64,000 bases of DNA from a virus (lineage: Duplodnaviria > Caudoviricetes), in IMG/VR virus record IMGVR_UViG_3300031555_004294, positions 128,001-192,000 of that record; one strand, 5' to 3'. The notes under the pieces were generated by a model that searched no databases, was not told the origin of the DNA, and saw only the letters and a program-made list of their open reading frames with translations. Positions 9,936 through 20,109 of the stretch are shown piece by piece. Made by a program: the position numbers and the translations under genes. The stretch's first letter is position 1. Each line of letters begins with the position of its first letter.

Positions 9936-10667
9936 ATGATATTTAATGACAGAGAAGTAAAACCTTATAAAATAACTGAAGACAAAGATACATTACTGAA
10001 CACTAACAATACTGAAAAGAAAATTTTAGTTACAGATTTTGATGACACTTTAGCATTGACTGCAATTAAGCATTTTCATTTAGTACAGAATTCTAAGAAT
10101 GTAGAAACTTACAAGAAGTACATGAACATAAATCAGACATCACAAAGGTTCTTTTATAGTAGAACAGAATACTATACTAGCAAATGGTTGAAGAGACCTG
10201 AAGTAGATGAAATTCCTAAAGAAATAGCAAATGAAATTACGGACTTGTTTAATCTTCCAGACTTTTATGATGATGTTAAGCCTACTAAATTTGCTATCGC
10301 TTTAAAGGAATATCTTAAGCAACCTTATTGTGAAAAGATTTATGTAATTTCACATTGTCTATCAGATACAGCTGCTGACGCAAAAATAAAATGGTTGGTA
10401 GATTTTTATAAGGATTGCAATCCTGAGAAGATAGAATTTATCCCTACTACTGATACAAGAAAATCAATTCCAATTATGGAAAGAGGAATTAAATGGGACA
10501 TCTTTGCAGATGATCGACTTGAATGCATTTATGATATGGTTTTGTACGGTCAAGGCTTTGGTAACGAAATTTTAATTCCTGAGTTCGGTTATAATAAGCC
10601 GACAGAAAGATTTTCTAATCTAGTGGAGAAATTCAATCTACAGACATTTTATATGAACGTCCTGTAA
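9936..10667 (+). CDS. HAD-superfamily phosphatase, 5'-(deoxy)nucleotidase-like
   Basis: DFDDT motif I, conserved K, FADD motif IV; start moved to ATG with GGAG RBS. Confidence 0.7.
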   Translation: MIFNDREVKPYKITEDKDTLLNTNNTEKKILVTDFDDTLALTAIKHFHLVQNSKNVETYKKYMNINQTSQRFFYSRTEYYTSKWLKRPEVDEIPKEIANEITDLFNLPDFYDDVKPTKFAIALKEYLKQPYCEKIYVISHCLSDTAADAKIKWLVDFYKDCNPEKIEFIPTTDTRKSIPIMERGIKWDIFADDRLECIYDMVLYGQGFGNEILIPEFGYNKPTERFSNLVEKFNLQTFYMNVL

Positions 10668-10677
10668 GAAGTAAATT

Positions 10678-10717
10678 GAAACAGATAGTTACTAAAACTA
10701 TCTGTTTCTTTTTTTTT
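10678..10717 (+). terminator. intrinsic terminator
   Basis: 13-bp stem plus U-tract. Confidence 0.8.
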
Positions 10718-10737
10718 ATCTAGTTTTTATAGTCTGA

Positions 10738-10749
10738 AACAATCCATTA
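10738..10749 (+). promoter_or_regulatory. late-type promoter AACA-N6-TA
   Basis: AACAATCCATTA, identical to the copy at 51246. Confidence 0.7.
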
Positions 10750-10782
10750 TTAAAAGAAACGTACGAAAGGAGGAGTTTTCCT

Positions 10783-11953
10783 TTGAAAATAGATATTTGT
10801 AATCTGGACAAATTTATAAAGGTTAACAACATACAAGAAGTTACTAACCCTATACGTTTTGATGCAGATTGGTACCCAACTGATAATGGTCTTTTATCAT
10901 ATAGAATTTTTGGTCAAGTTGGTAGTTATGATAGACGTACTTTATTTGGTTACATCGACCTAAAAGGACACTTTTTACACCCATTATTTTATTTGAGACT
11001 CATAAAAATGAATCGTAATTTTGCTAGAGTCATTGATGGTAGTGGCTATTTTAGAATTAACGAAAAAGGTGAGTTAGTTGCTGATAATGAGAATGGAAAT
11101 ACTGGAATAGCTTGGCTTTATAAGAATTTCAAAAATCTTAAGTTTAAAAAATCGGGTTCAGGAGAGCGAGACAGGACTATAGACCTTCTAACTAAACTTG
11201 ATCTTGATGAAATCTTTGTCAGCAAGTGGCTTGTAATTCCTGCCTTTTATCGAGATTCTAATATACAAAAACTCGATCATGGAAGAGTTTCAGAAGATGA
11301 AATCAACCCTATGTATGCAAATTTGATTTCTCTGGCAAGTTCTAAATCAGATTTCGACTTTATGGGATATATTACGGAATCTAGAATTCAAAAACAGCTT
11401 TTAGAAATCTATGATTACTTGACTGGATATATCAAGGGTAAGACTGGACTTCTCAAGAATAGTTTGCTCGGCAAGACTGTGGACTATTCAACTCGCGGTG
11501 TTATCTCAGCAGGTAGAGTCAATTCTAATACATCAGATGAACAATTGGTAAAGTTTACTTATACTGGCATTCCTTTATCTCATTTGTGTAACTTATTCTA
11601 TCCTTTCTTCCAATACGAGATAGCTAGTTTTGCAGAAGAAACCTTTGCATCAGTTAATGAAATTAGGGGTTCTGATGGAAATTATTATCCATTGGTAAAT
11701 CCTATGAGTAAATTTACAACTGAAAAGATAAAAGGGATGATGAACTTATATATTAAGTCACCTGATAATAGACTTGATCCAATCATGGTTCCAATTAGGC
11801 TTAAGAATGGAAGTGTTAAAGAAGTTCCTTTAAATCTCTTCCAAGATGATTTAAAGAGACACTTTACTTTACTGGACTTGATATACATTGTTGCAACTAG
11901 AGTTTGTCTTGACAAACATGTGTATGTAACTCGATTTCCGATTGAAAACTATC
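10783..11953 (+). CDS. rpoC: RNA polymerase beta' N-terminal subunit (probably virion RNAP), exon 1
   Basis: GLLSYRIFG, FGYIDL, VIPAFYR, GKTGLLKNSLLGKTVDYSTRGVIS, TRFP; joins exon 2 in frame (ENY-Q-SIYP), 510 aa total. Confidence 0.92.
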
Positions 11954-12453
11954 GTGTGTCACGTTGATCTATAACTTGAAAGAATCAAGGAAATGATCGA
12001 TATAAGTATACTTATGTTAACTGTAAGTTTGATTGGTGGAATGAAATACGGCAATCAGTATGAAACACCAACATTAATACTCCTACATGCATTAAAAAAT
12101 AGCTAGAATTATTTAATGTGTGAAGCTAGGTGAAGACGTATTCATAGTAATGCGGATGGTTCTATAATATGGTGAGGAACACGAATTTTCTAACGTCCAA
12201 TGTTTTGGGATTAGTAGTATGATAGTGGCGAAAATCCTATTGAATGATGCTTCAATTGAAAATATTGGGAACAGAAAACACCTAAGTTATAGAAATACTA
12301 GAATTTACGGAACGTGAGAAGTTTCTATAAAAAGAAAATAGCTGATACTTTTTATAGAAATGGCAGCAGCCTGTAGTAGCGATGAAGCTTTTGTAATGAA
12401 AGTGGAGTGAAGGGGCATAGTCAATTTTTTGATTGAACTTTTTCTAACGATCA

Positions 12454-12465
12454 AACAATTTATTA
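12454..12465 (+). promoter_or_regulatory. late-type promoter inside intron domain IV
   Basis: AACAATTTATTA followed by AAAGGAG RBS and ATG 12493. Confidence 0.6.
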
Positions 12466-12492
12466 AATACTTTTACAAAGGAGATTAATAAA

Positions 12493-13416
12493 ATGGGTAG
12501 AAAAAGTAAATCACATGAAGATTTTGTTAAAGATGTTATGAATATTTTAGGACCAGAATATCAAGTGCTGGGAAAATATATCAAATGTTCTGAAAAAATA
12601 AAAATGAAACATTTAAAATGTGGATTAGAATATGAAACTGAACCTAGAACTGTAATGCATGGATCAGGATGTCCAATATGCAATACCGATTTTCATATGT
12701 CACATGATGAATTCGTTTCAAAAGTAAATAAAGAGGGAGATAACGAATATGAAGTCCTAACTCCTTATATCAATACAAAAACAAAAGTAACGCTAAAACA
12801 TAAAGTGTGTAATGAAATTTATGAAGTTGCACCTAGAAATTTCTTTCAAGGTAAAAGATGTCCAAAATGTACTAAAGTAAAACGTGTGACAAATGAAGAA
12901 TTTGATCGACGTCTGTTAAACATTTATGGAAATGAATGGACTAGAGTTTCAGAGTTTATGGCAATAAATAAGGAAATTCTAGTTAAACACGAAAATTGTG
13001 GGAACATAATTAAGAATACTCCAAAAGTTATTTTAAGTCAAAGATTTGGATGTAAATATTGTAAGATGACTAGCGGAGAATTTAGAATTAAATCTGTTTT
13101 AGAAAACTTAGATATAAAATTTACCCCACAAAAGAAGTTTGATGATTGTAAAGATCTAGGTTACTTATTTTTTGACTTTTATTTTTGTATTGACAATAAA
13201 GAGTATATCATAGAATATGATGGACGACAACATTTTCTTCCTATTTTTGGTCATAATGATAAAGAACGACAAGAACGTTTAGAATTTACGCAAAAACATG
13301 ATGAGATGAAAAATTTATATTGCGAAAACCATAATATAAATTTGCTGCGTATATCATATGATACTCCCTATCAGAATATTCAATCAATAATTGAAAACTT
13401 CATAAAGAAAAATTGA
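12493..13416 (+). CDS. intron-encoded putative homing endonuclease (3 zinc-ribbon repeats + Vsr/DUF559-like PD-(D/E)xK domain)
   Basis: HxxC...CPxC repeats; FDFY...IEYDGRQH...DEMKN...LLRISY; no RT/YADD motif. Confidence 0.8.
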   Translation: MGRKSKSHEDFVKDVMNILGPEYQVLGKYIKCSEKIKMKHLKCGLEYETEPRTVMHGSGCPICNTDFHMSHDEFVSKVNKEGDNEYEVLTPYINTKTKVTLKHKVCNEIYEVAPRNFFQGKRCPKCTKVKRVTNEEFDRRLLNIYGNEWTRVSEFMAINKEILVKHENCGNIIKNTPKVILSQRFGCKYCKMTSGEFRIKSVLENLDIKFTPQKKFDDCKDLGYLFFDFYFCIDNKEYIIEYDGRQHFLPIFGHNDKERQERLEFTQKHDEMKNLYCENHNINLLRISYDTPYQNIQSIIENFIKKN

Positions 13417-13503
13417 TGGAACGCTGTGTGAGGTGAAAGTCTCACGCACAGTGTGAAGTGGGGGAAAAAATAGAGATAACTTCAAAGTTTTACCTATCAC
13501 TAT

Positions 13504-13865
13504 AATCAATCTATCCAAGCCGTATAAAAATAATGACTACTTACAAGACTCAAAAAATAACAATTGCTAACAAGTATTATGACAATTATCCTGTAGTTAC
13601 TACAGATTTTGATAGTCCTAGTTATGATGAAAACATGAACTATATCGATACCATAATTCCCCATAATACGATGTTGGAAGCCTTGGGTGCAGACTTTGAC
13701 GGAGACACGGTTTCTTTAAGATCTGTCTATTCACAAGAAGCAAACTTAGAATGTGAGAAACTAATAAACTCACCTAAGTATCTTTTAGATGTAACAGGAA
13801 AAACTACTAGAGTTTTGCGTAACGAAGGTATTCAAACTCTTTATACTTTAACAAGAGAAGGTTAA
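13504..13865 (+). CDS. rpoC: RNA polymerase beta' N-terminal subunit, exon 2 (catalytic motif)
   Basis: LGADFDGDT Mg-binding motif; frame continues from exon 1. Confidence 0.92.
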
Positions 13866-14068
13866 TTTTTTTACCGTATTATCGGAAGTTCTATCTATAT
13901 ATCTTGAACTAGATACTTAGGAGCTTTAAGTAAAACTAGTTTTTGACATAATGATGGATTGGACGGAATAGACAATGTTTTGTACAAAAGAAATGAACAT
14001 GGAATATTGTAAACAAAAATTACACTTTCAAATACAAAAAAAAAAAAAGAAAATCGTTTAAACTTTTT

Positions 14069-14103
14069 TAAGAGAAGAGGTAACCCCTCTTCTCTTATTT
14101 TCT
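14069..14103 (+). terminator. intrinsic terminator
   Basis: TAAGAGAAGAGG/CCTCTTCTCTTA plus U-tract. Confidence 0.75.
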
Positions 14104-14132
14104 TTCTTTTGTTTTGCAAAAATTAGAGACCA

Positions 14133-14144
14133 AACAATAAAATA
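14133..14144 (+). promoter_or_regulatory. late-type promoter
   Basis: AACAATAAAATA. Confidence 0.6.
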
Positions 14145-14184
14145 ATCATGGTTTACAATATTTGTAAAGGAGGAAATTACATTT

Positions 14185-14964
14185 ATGGATGAGAAAAATA
14201 AAGAAGTTCAAGAGAATTTATATTCCAAAGATCTTTTCGAAGAAGAAATGAAACAATTGGATTCTGAACTGAAAGAAATAGATGCACTTTATGGCGAGAT
14301 TAAAACGCACTATGACACTATAAAGAATGCTCAGTTTAAAGGAAGCTTAGTTTTTTTGAAAGATCAAACAAGTAACTTGATTTCTTTAAAAACTGCAAAG
14401 CTGAGTTATATAAAACAGAAGGCAGACCTAAAGAAAACTATCACTGACTATGCATTCAAAGAGAAAGCTTCTAACAAACAAGATACGGAAGTTGATACTC
14501 TTACAGAAGCTATCTATAAGAAAATTACCAGTGAATTTGGTTATGTCACAGATAAAGAAAGTGAACCTCATGTAAATGAAGTTGACAATATAGACACCCT
14601 ATTAGATGAAGAACTTGAAAATGAAGACATTGGAAATATCATTGGAAGTAGTGTGAGTATTGAAACTGTAGAAGTTGACTATGAAACTGGTGAGGTTACT
14701 GAAGACGAAAATGATGAAGAAAATAATATCGAGAATGTTGTCGATTCAGAGCCTGAAGTAGATGAAACTAATGCGAATACTGTAATTGCGGTAGACATGG
14801 ATACTAACACTTTTTATCAAATTGATGAAAAAACCTTTGAAATTGTTGAAGAATTAGGTACAATGGAAGATAAAATTGTTGATGAAGTAGAAATTGAGAA
14901 TGATCTATATGCAATTGGTGAAAGTGGGAATATGTATCTCGTTATAAGTTTCGATGAAGAATAA
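14185..14964 (+). CDS. hypothetical protein, coiled-coil N-terminus and acidic C-terminus
   Basis: ORF with AAGGAGG RBS. Confidence 0.75.
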   Translation: MDEKNKEVQENLYSKDLFEEEMKQLDSELKEIDALYGEIKTHYDTIKNAQFKGSLVFLKDQTSNLISLKTAKLSYIKQKADLKKTITDYAFKEKASNKQDTEVDTLTEAIYKKITSEFGYVTDKESEPHVNEVDNIDTLLDEELENEDIGNIIGSSVSIETVEVDYETGEVTEDENDEENNIENVVDSEPEVDETNANTVIAVDMDTNTFYQIDEKTFEIVEELGTMEDKIVDEVEIENDLYAIGESGNMYLVISFDEE

Positions 14965-14971
14965 AAATATT

Positions 14972-15001
14972 GAGGATTAAGACTAACAAGTCTTAATCCT
15001 C
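14972..15001. terminator. terminator between convergent genes
   Basis: 13-bp stem. Confidence 0.7.
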
Positions 15002-15013
15002 TTTCTTTTCTGT

Positions 15014-15493
15014 TCAAATTAGTTTCTCAGCTTTTAAAATTTCTAAAATTCTTTCTACATGGTTTTCTTTATATGTGATTCTGTAAAGTCTTATTTTATG
15101 TTTCTTACAGTAATCGTTCTTTATAGCATCATTGGTCAATGTATTTTGAAAGTTTTCTAATTTCTGTTCCTCACTTAATCCAAAACAAGGTTTATAATGT
15201 TGAACTCCATCATACTCAACTAGGAAAAATCCTTTCGTAGTATAGATACAGAAGTCAAATGGTAATTTTCTATGATTGTAGCATTCATTAAAAATTTTCT
15301 CTTGGTCGTATTTGATATGAAATGCATCTAGTATTGCAATGATGTCTTTCATAGGTTTTGATACTTTTGGATTGATACCTTTCTTTGCAAAGCTGTTGAT
15401 CAGAGTATTAGATATGGAAAATTCGCCATCTATTATCTTTGCAGTATCTAAGGTATTTCTTAAAAATCCACCAAGTTTATTAAAGAAACCCAT
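15014..15493 (-). CDS. free-standing Vsr/DUF559-like endonuclease, homologous to the intron ORF C-terminus
   Basis: LPFDFC...VEYDGVQH...DAIKN...LYRITY; late promoter AACAAGTACTTA at 15520-15531. Confidence 0.75.
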   Translation of the reverse strand: MGFFNKLGGFLRNTLDTAKIIDGEFSISNTLINSFAKKGINPKVSKPMKDIIAILDAFHIKYDQEKIFNECYNHRKLPFDFCIYTTKGFFLVEYDGVQHYKPCFGLSEEQKLENFQNTLTNDAIKNDYCKKHKIRLYRITYKENHVERILEILKAEKLI

Positions 15494-15575
15494 ATAAAAT
15501 CTCCGTTTTCTAAAATTTTTAAGTACTTGTTTTGTATGGATTTTAATAGAAAAAGGTGTATCAAAATGTATTTTA

Positions 15576-15587
15576 AATACATATTCT
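15576..15587 (+). promoter_or_regulatory. early-type promoter motif
   Basis: AATACATATTCT. Confidence 0.5.
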
Positions 15588-15631
15588 AATTGTAGATGAA
15601 ATCACATTAAATTTTAACTAGAAAGGAAATT

Positions 15632-15844
15632 TTGTCTATGTTTACTTATTCTTACAATGGTCCGATTTCTCATTTTGAAAGAGTAATCGCAACTAACTGG
15701 AAAGGTTATACTACGGCACCTACACCTAAAAAAGCACTTGCAAATCTAACATTTAAAGCTAAGAAAGAGTTTGGTTTTGAGAACTTTGTAAAACTGACTT
15801 TAGATGAAAAATTCTTAAAGATTGAGGAAAAGAAGAATGACTAA
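15632..15844 (+). CDS. hypothetical protein
   Basis: ORF with RBS. Confidence 0.65.
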   Translation: MSMFTYSYNGPISHFERVIATNWKGYTTAPTPKKALANLTFKAKKEFGFENFVKLTLDEKFLKIEEKKND

Positions 15845-17285
15845 TTTGGAATTTAATTTTTGGGGGAATAATTACAACTACTATGACACAGTAGAAGATC
15901 TTCGAGATCAAATTAATAGAAAGTCATTAAACACGCACAATCCATTTATTGACTATGACGAATTAAAAGGGTTATGTTGTTATTTAGATCCTGATGGAAA
16001 CCAAGTATGGATGGGTGATTTATCAGACATATGTAGGGAACATTATGTTAAATATGGTGATGAACTAAAATACATTAGTTACTTTACTTTAATCAACAAC
16101 TACGAAATCATAAATTTCCCATATCTGTTAACATCTAGACACTTCCAAGCAAATAGTTTTTTCATAAAGGTTTTTAGACTAATAGAATTTTACCCTAACA
16201 TTTTGTCCAGTATGATAAGATTTACTAATCATGCAGAACTTATTGAAGAATATAAAGATCACCCAAATCTAAATTGGGATATCATAGTGACAAACAATTT
16301 TCCAATTAGTTCAAGTAATATTCAAAAGTACTACGAATATATTCGAAAGTGTAAGTCATTCTTCTTTGATAAGCATCAGACATTTACTAAAGAAGATGTA
16401 CTCTTCATTATCAATGCAGATATAGAAAAAACTCAGTCTCTTAATAGTGTTCTAACGTCTCCCTATCAGAATATAGAGTATCTATTTAAGACGCATAAAT
16501 TTTCAGAAGAAGATTTGAGTTACATAGTTGAAAACATAAAGAGAATTAAGTTTGATGAAGAGAAAAAACAAACTCTTTCAAGTATGTATATTGCTCATAT
16601 TAGACATCTGATATTAGAAACTCAAAACTATACTGAAAATTTATTGCTTCAGCATAAAGGTTTCTTTAGACAATATTGGACTTCTGCATGTATTCATGGA
16701 AATCTTAGTGAAGATTTCATAAACAACAATCCTAAGTACATCGATTGGGCTTGTCTATCTCAAAACCAAAAATTGTTAAATGGCAAGTATAGTGATGATT
16801 TCTATTACAGTCATGCTCTTGAAATAAAATGGAAACTCTTTAACGCAGATGCTCTCAAAAATTTCTATAAGAATGACAAAGAGAAATTTAAGGATTTCTT
16901 TATCAAGTTCTATACGTATATAGAACCAGACAATAGTGGGATTCTTTCGATGGTTGGAACTACTTCTATTTGTAATGAAGGTCCATATACTGAAAGTGAG
17001 TTACCAATATATTTTGGAGAACTTATACGAGAGTTTAGTCCTAGCGAAAAATTCGTAATGAGAATGAATGAAAGTTTTGCAAGTTATTTTTTCAAAACAA
17101 AGTATGATAGTAGAACGTTTATTACATTTTTGGAAGATGGCGACTATACTTTACATTTTGTAAAGAACTTCAAAAAGAGAATTTTTGAAATTTTGCTATC
17201 TGAGGACACAACTAAGCTCAGTAAAAGAACTAAGGAAAAGCTTAACAAACTAATTGAAGAATTGAAAGAACAAGAAAGGAAATAA
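15837..17285 (+). CDS. hypothetical protein with degenerate tryptophan repeats
   Basis: LSEDFI..IDW-type repeats; start moved to MTNLEFNFW. Confidence 0.7.
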   Translation: MTNLEFNFWGNNYNYYDTVEDLRDQINRKSLNTHNPFIDYDELKGLCCYLDPDGNQVWMGDLSDICREHYVKYGDELKYISYFTLINNYEIINFPYLLTSRHFQANSFFIKVFRLIEFYPNILSSMIRFTNHAELIEEYKDHPNLNWDIIVTNNFPISSSNIQKYYEYIRKCKSFFFDKHQTFTKEDVLFIINADIEKTQSLNSVLTSPYQNIEYLFKTHKFSEEDLSYIVENIKRIKFDEEKKQTLSSMYIAHIRHLILETQNYTENLLLQHKGFFRQYWTSACIHGNLSEDFINNNPKYIDWACLSQNQKLLNGKYSDDFYYSHALEIKWKLFNADALKNFYKNDKEKFKDFFIKFYTYIEPDNSGILSMVGTTSICNEGPYTESELPIYFGELIREFSPSEKFVMRMNESFASYFFKTKYDSRTFITFLEDGDYTLHFVKNFKKRIFEILLSEDTTKLSKRTKEKLNKLIEELKEQERK

Positions 17286-17289
17286 TGTT

Positions 17290-17919
17290 ATGGACAATAA
17301 CGAAGCAAAAAACAAGATCCAAGAAATTACAGATGAATTGGAGGAGCCTTTAAGAGAAGGACTTAATCCTATGAACGCAACTCCTAAAAATGGAGATACT
17401 GTTATCTTCTTGATTGAGAAAGATGACATAGTTCGTGTCGGAAAGATTGTATCGGACTATAATTGTATCATTGCTCAAGATGGAATTATATATGACGATG
17501 ACATTGTTTCTGATAGATGGATAGTTCCGATTAATAGGATTCAGGAAACAATCCACTATAACGGTACATTTATGAAAGCTTATGATAATTTGGTAAGCAT
17601 GAACACTGAAGAATTTAAAGCTCAACAGATAGAACATTATATCAACACTAGAGTAGTTGTAACTAAGGGAACTCTGTCTGATGACAAGCAATTCTTGGTA
17701 GAAACATTTACTAGAAATGTTAGAAAAGGTAGTATCGATTTTAAGAACTACAAATTCATGATGGAATTGTTATTTGACAATCCTGACAATGAATATGACA
17801 ACCAAATTGATCTTAGAAATCTTAAAACTATCTGTTACAATATCTTCTCGATCATGAATCGTATTTCTCAAGAAACTTACGATGAAATCTATGCAAAGTT
17901 AGCAGAGTATAATAGCTAA
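17290..17919 (+). CDS. hypothetical protein
   Basis: ORF in operon. Confidence 0.7.
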   Translation: MDNNEAKNKIQEITDELEEPLREGLNPMNATPKNGDTVIFLIEKDDIVRVGKIVSDYNCIIAQDGIIYDDDIVSDRWIVPINRIQETIHYNGTFMKAYDNLVSMNTEEFKAQQIEHYINTRVVVTKGTLSDDKQFLVETFTRNVRKGSIDFKNYKFMMELLFDNPDNEYDNQIDLRNLKTICYNIFSIMNRISQETYDEIYAKLAEYNS

Positions 17920-17926
17920 CTGAAAT

Positions 17927-17969
17927 TAAAAAGAGATATAACCATCAAAGGTTATATCTCTTTTTTTTT
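17927..17969. terminator. bidirectional terminator
   Basis: AAAAAGAGATATAACC/GGTTATATCTCTTTTT between convergent genes. Confidence 0.8.
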
Positions 17970-17970
17970 G

Positions 17971-18735
17971 TTATTCTTTATATTTTAGATCCATCAAGTA
18001 GTTCATAAAGATACTGTAGTCTTTATCTACTACTTTGATGTACTCATACTGTGTTTGTTTTGCCATTACTACATCTTTGATTTTTTCCTTAGCTTTATCA
18101 ACTTGTTGAATCTTTTCATGACGATTAGGATTGGATCCTCCATCCTTAATCTCAACTATTAGATTAAGACTAGCGATGTAAAAGTCAGGTATATAAAAAT
18201 GATCTTTTCCTTCATAAGTGTAATGAAAGATTTGTGGAGCTGGAGCGAAGATGTCATTAGGGGACATTCTCATAACTAAGTCTAAGAATTCTAAGAATTC
18301 ATGTTCATAAGAACCAGTGTATTTAGTTTTAGACTTTCCATCCGACCAAGTATAAACTCCTGAAATCTTACGATTCCCTAGCATTTTGGACTGTTGATTT
18401 GGATCATCTAAAAGGTGTGTCTTACCATACTTGGATAACATTCTTTTTTTGAACTCTTCTCTATAATCTTCCTTACATTTGTCAGAACAAAATCGTTCAT
18501 ATCTCTCTGTAGACTCATTCCATTTAGTTTCTTTATGGCACATGACACAAGAACCTTTAGTTTTCTTGTATTTGTAATTAAAATAACTTTGAGCTGGAGA
18601 TAAACCTTTTAAATCTTCTTCATGTGTTAATTCCATATGAGAATACAAAGCTGATTTTGCTTTAGGTTGATCTTTCTTATCATTTGCTAAGTACTTGTTA
18701 GTACAGAACGGACACTTATAAAATGTTCTAGCCAT
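17971..18735 (-). CDS. zinc-finger + TnsA-like PD-(D/E)xK nuclease
   Basis: CPFC..H..H, CVMC..FCSDKC, YIPDFY...VEIKDGG. Confidence 0.7.
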   Translation of the reverse strand: MARTFYKCPFCTNKYLANDKKDQPKAKSALYSHMELTHEEDLKGLSPAQSYFNYKYKKTKGSCVMCHKETKWNESTERYERFCSDKCKEDYREEFKKRMLSKYGKTHLLDDPNQQSKMLGNRKISGVYTWSDGKSKTKYTGSYEHEFLEFLDLVMRMSPNDIFAPAPQIFHYTYEGKDHFYIPDFYIASLNLIVEIKDGGSNPNRHEKIQQVDKAKEKIKDVVMAKQTQYEYIKVVDKDYSIFMNYLMDLKYKE

Positions 18736-18741
18736 AAATCA

Positions 18742-19314
18742 TCACTCTCTACTTTCTAACTCAATCCAAATTTTCCTATTTGGATAGTAGCACAACTTAT
18801 AAATAAAATCTGAATTAGGAGATTCATAAATTTCAAACTGCTCTAAAGTTTTCATATTTCTTTGATGGAGTAATCTAAAATTACCAGCCATGCTTTTTAT
18901 AATTTTACGTCCATCATTTAAAACATCATCAAAATCCAGCTTACTATACTGCTCATATACACCATCCGCATAATTACAATCTGGGTCTAAAAGTGTAAAT
19001 GTAAATTTAATTCTGTCAGTATATTCTAGTTTGTCTCTATAATGACCAACAAACCATCTCATATATCTCAATTTTTCTTCATGTAACTTTGTTTCATTTG
19101 GCAAACTAACTGAGTATAAATCTTTGTAAAAAGGTGATACTTGCATCATTCTTTCTATTTTTTTAAAGATGGTAAATCTGAGGTCATTGTTTATTTTAGT
19201 TAACTCAGTTGAGTTAAATTGCTTAGTTAAATTTAAAATTGGAATTTTATTGTAAATGTCTTTTAAAAACATTGTTTTTTCCATAATTTTGAACTGGTTT
19301 TCGTTCAATTTCAT
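18742..19314 (-). CDS. late hypothetical protein (possible head protein)
   Basis: N-terminus MKLNENQF resembles the neighbour's; late promoter at 19370-19381. Confidence 0.65.
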   Translation of the reverse strand: MKLNENQFKIMEKTMFLKDIYNKIPILNLTKQFNSTELTKINNDLRFTIFKKIERMMQVSPFYKDLYSVSLPNETKLHEEKLRYMRWFVGHYRDKLEYTDRIKFTFTLLDPDCNYADGVYEQYSKLDFDDVLNDGRKIIKSMAGNFRLLHQRNMKTLEQFEIYESPNSDFIYKLCYYPNRKIWIELESRE

Positions 19315-19425
19315 TATTGATACTCACACCTCTACTTTCTATTAAATTTCTACAGTAACCTTTTATATCTAATAGATTGTTAAAATTGAGAAACTATCTT
19401 AAAAAAGATAGTTTCCCATTATAAT

Positions 19426-20076
19426 TTATTTTCTTTTCCTGTTTTTGTAATATCTAATGAATTTTGCCAAATGTGTATTAAAGAATACGGCTCCACTAGT
19501 ATTTAATGTAACAGTTCCAAGTGATCTTAAAACACGTTTTTCTAAAAATTCTCTTCTAGCAGCTCTATATGAAGATGTTAAATAACTAGTTCCTTTGATG
19601 CAAACAACATATTTCTCTAGTTCTACAGGTTCAAAGAAAGAGAATAACTGTATTCCTTCTAATATCAGCTTTCTATGTGTTGACTGTTGTTTTCTAATAC
19701 AAAAACTAACACAGTCTCTTACACTATTCTTTACATGAATTGTAGAATCAAAAGTTATACCACGATATTTTTGACCAGGACCAGTTAAAAACTCATATAC
19801 ATAAGGATTACGTTCTTTTAATTCTTCATCAGAATATTTTACATTTTCAATTAGATTGTCCATTTCAACAAAATCAATGTTTTCATTATTTTTTGAAAGT
19901 TGTCTTGTTAATGAACTCTTGCCAGAACCTGAAAAACCAAGAACAAAACAAACGTTTATTTCATTCTTAAACCATTTTTTCTTATTCCACCAAATATCTT
20001 TTTCTGTTTTTATAAAAGACTCAGTTAGAAACATACATTGATCGTACATTTTAAGCTGATTTTCATTTAGTACCAT
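19426..20076 (-). CDS. P-loop kinase-like protein
   Basis: Walker A GFSGSGKS; ILEG Walker B-like. Confidence 0.7.
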   Translation of the reverse strand: MVLNENQLKMYDQCMFLTESFIKTEKDIWWNKKKWFKNEINVCFVLGFSGSGKSSLTRQLSKNNENIDFVEMDNLIENVKYSDEELKERNPYVYEFLTGPGQKYRGITFDSTIHVKNSVRDCVSFCIRKQQSTHRKLILEGIQLFSFFEPVELEKYVVCIKGTSYLTSSYRAARREFLEKRVLRSLGTVTLNTSGAVFFNTHLAKFIRYYKNRKRK

Positions 20077-20109
20077 ATTGATATTTATCCCCCTACTTTC
20101 TATTAAATT

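Larger units (their letters stand above)
11954..13503 (+). mobile_element. group II intron (IIB-like, resembles bacterial class B ends) carrying an endonuclease ORF
   Basis: 5' GTGTG; domain V GAACGCTGTGTGAGGTGAAAGTCTCACGCACAGTGT (13419-13454); domain VI ending ACCTATCACTAT; domain III AGTAGCGATGAAG..GTAATG..GGAGTGAAGGGG; EBS1 GATAGT (12221-12226) complementary to exon end ACTATC; removal restores frame. Confidence 0.93.

Noticed and set aside
11954-13865. Pseudogene or naturally split subunit at 11967/13533
   Set aside because: Complete group II intron signatures and exact in-frame rejoining; 13533 lacks an RBS
13866-14068. Possible RNA element or small gene after the spliced RNAP gene
   Set aside because: Only weak hairpins and a poly-A run; the antisense ORF 13895-14119 crosses a terminator; nothing supportable
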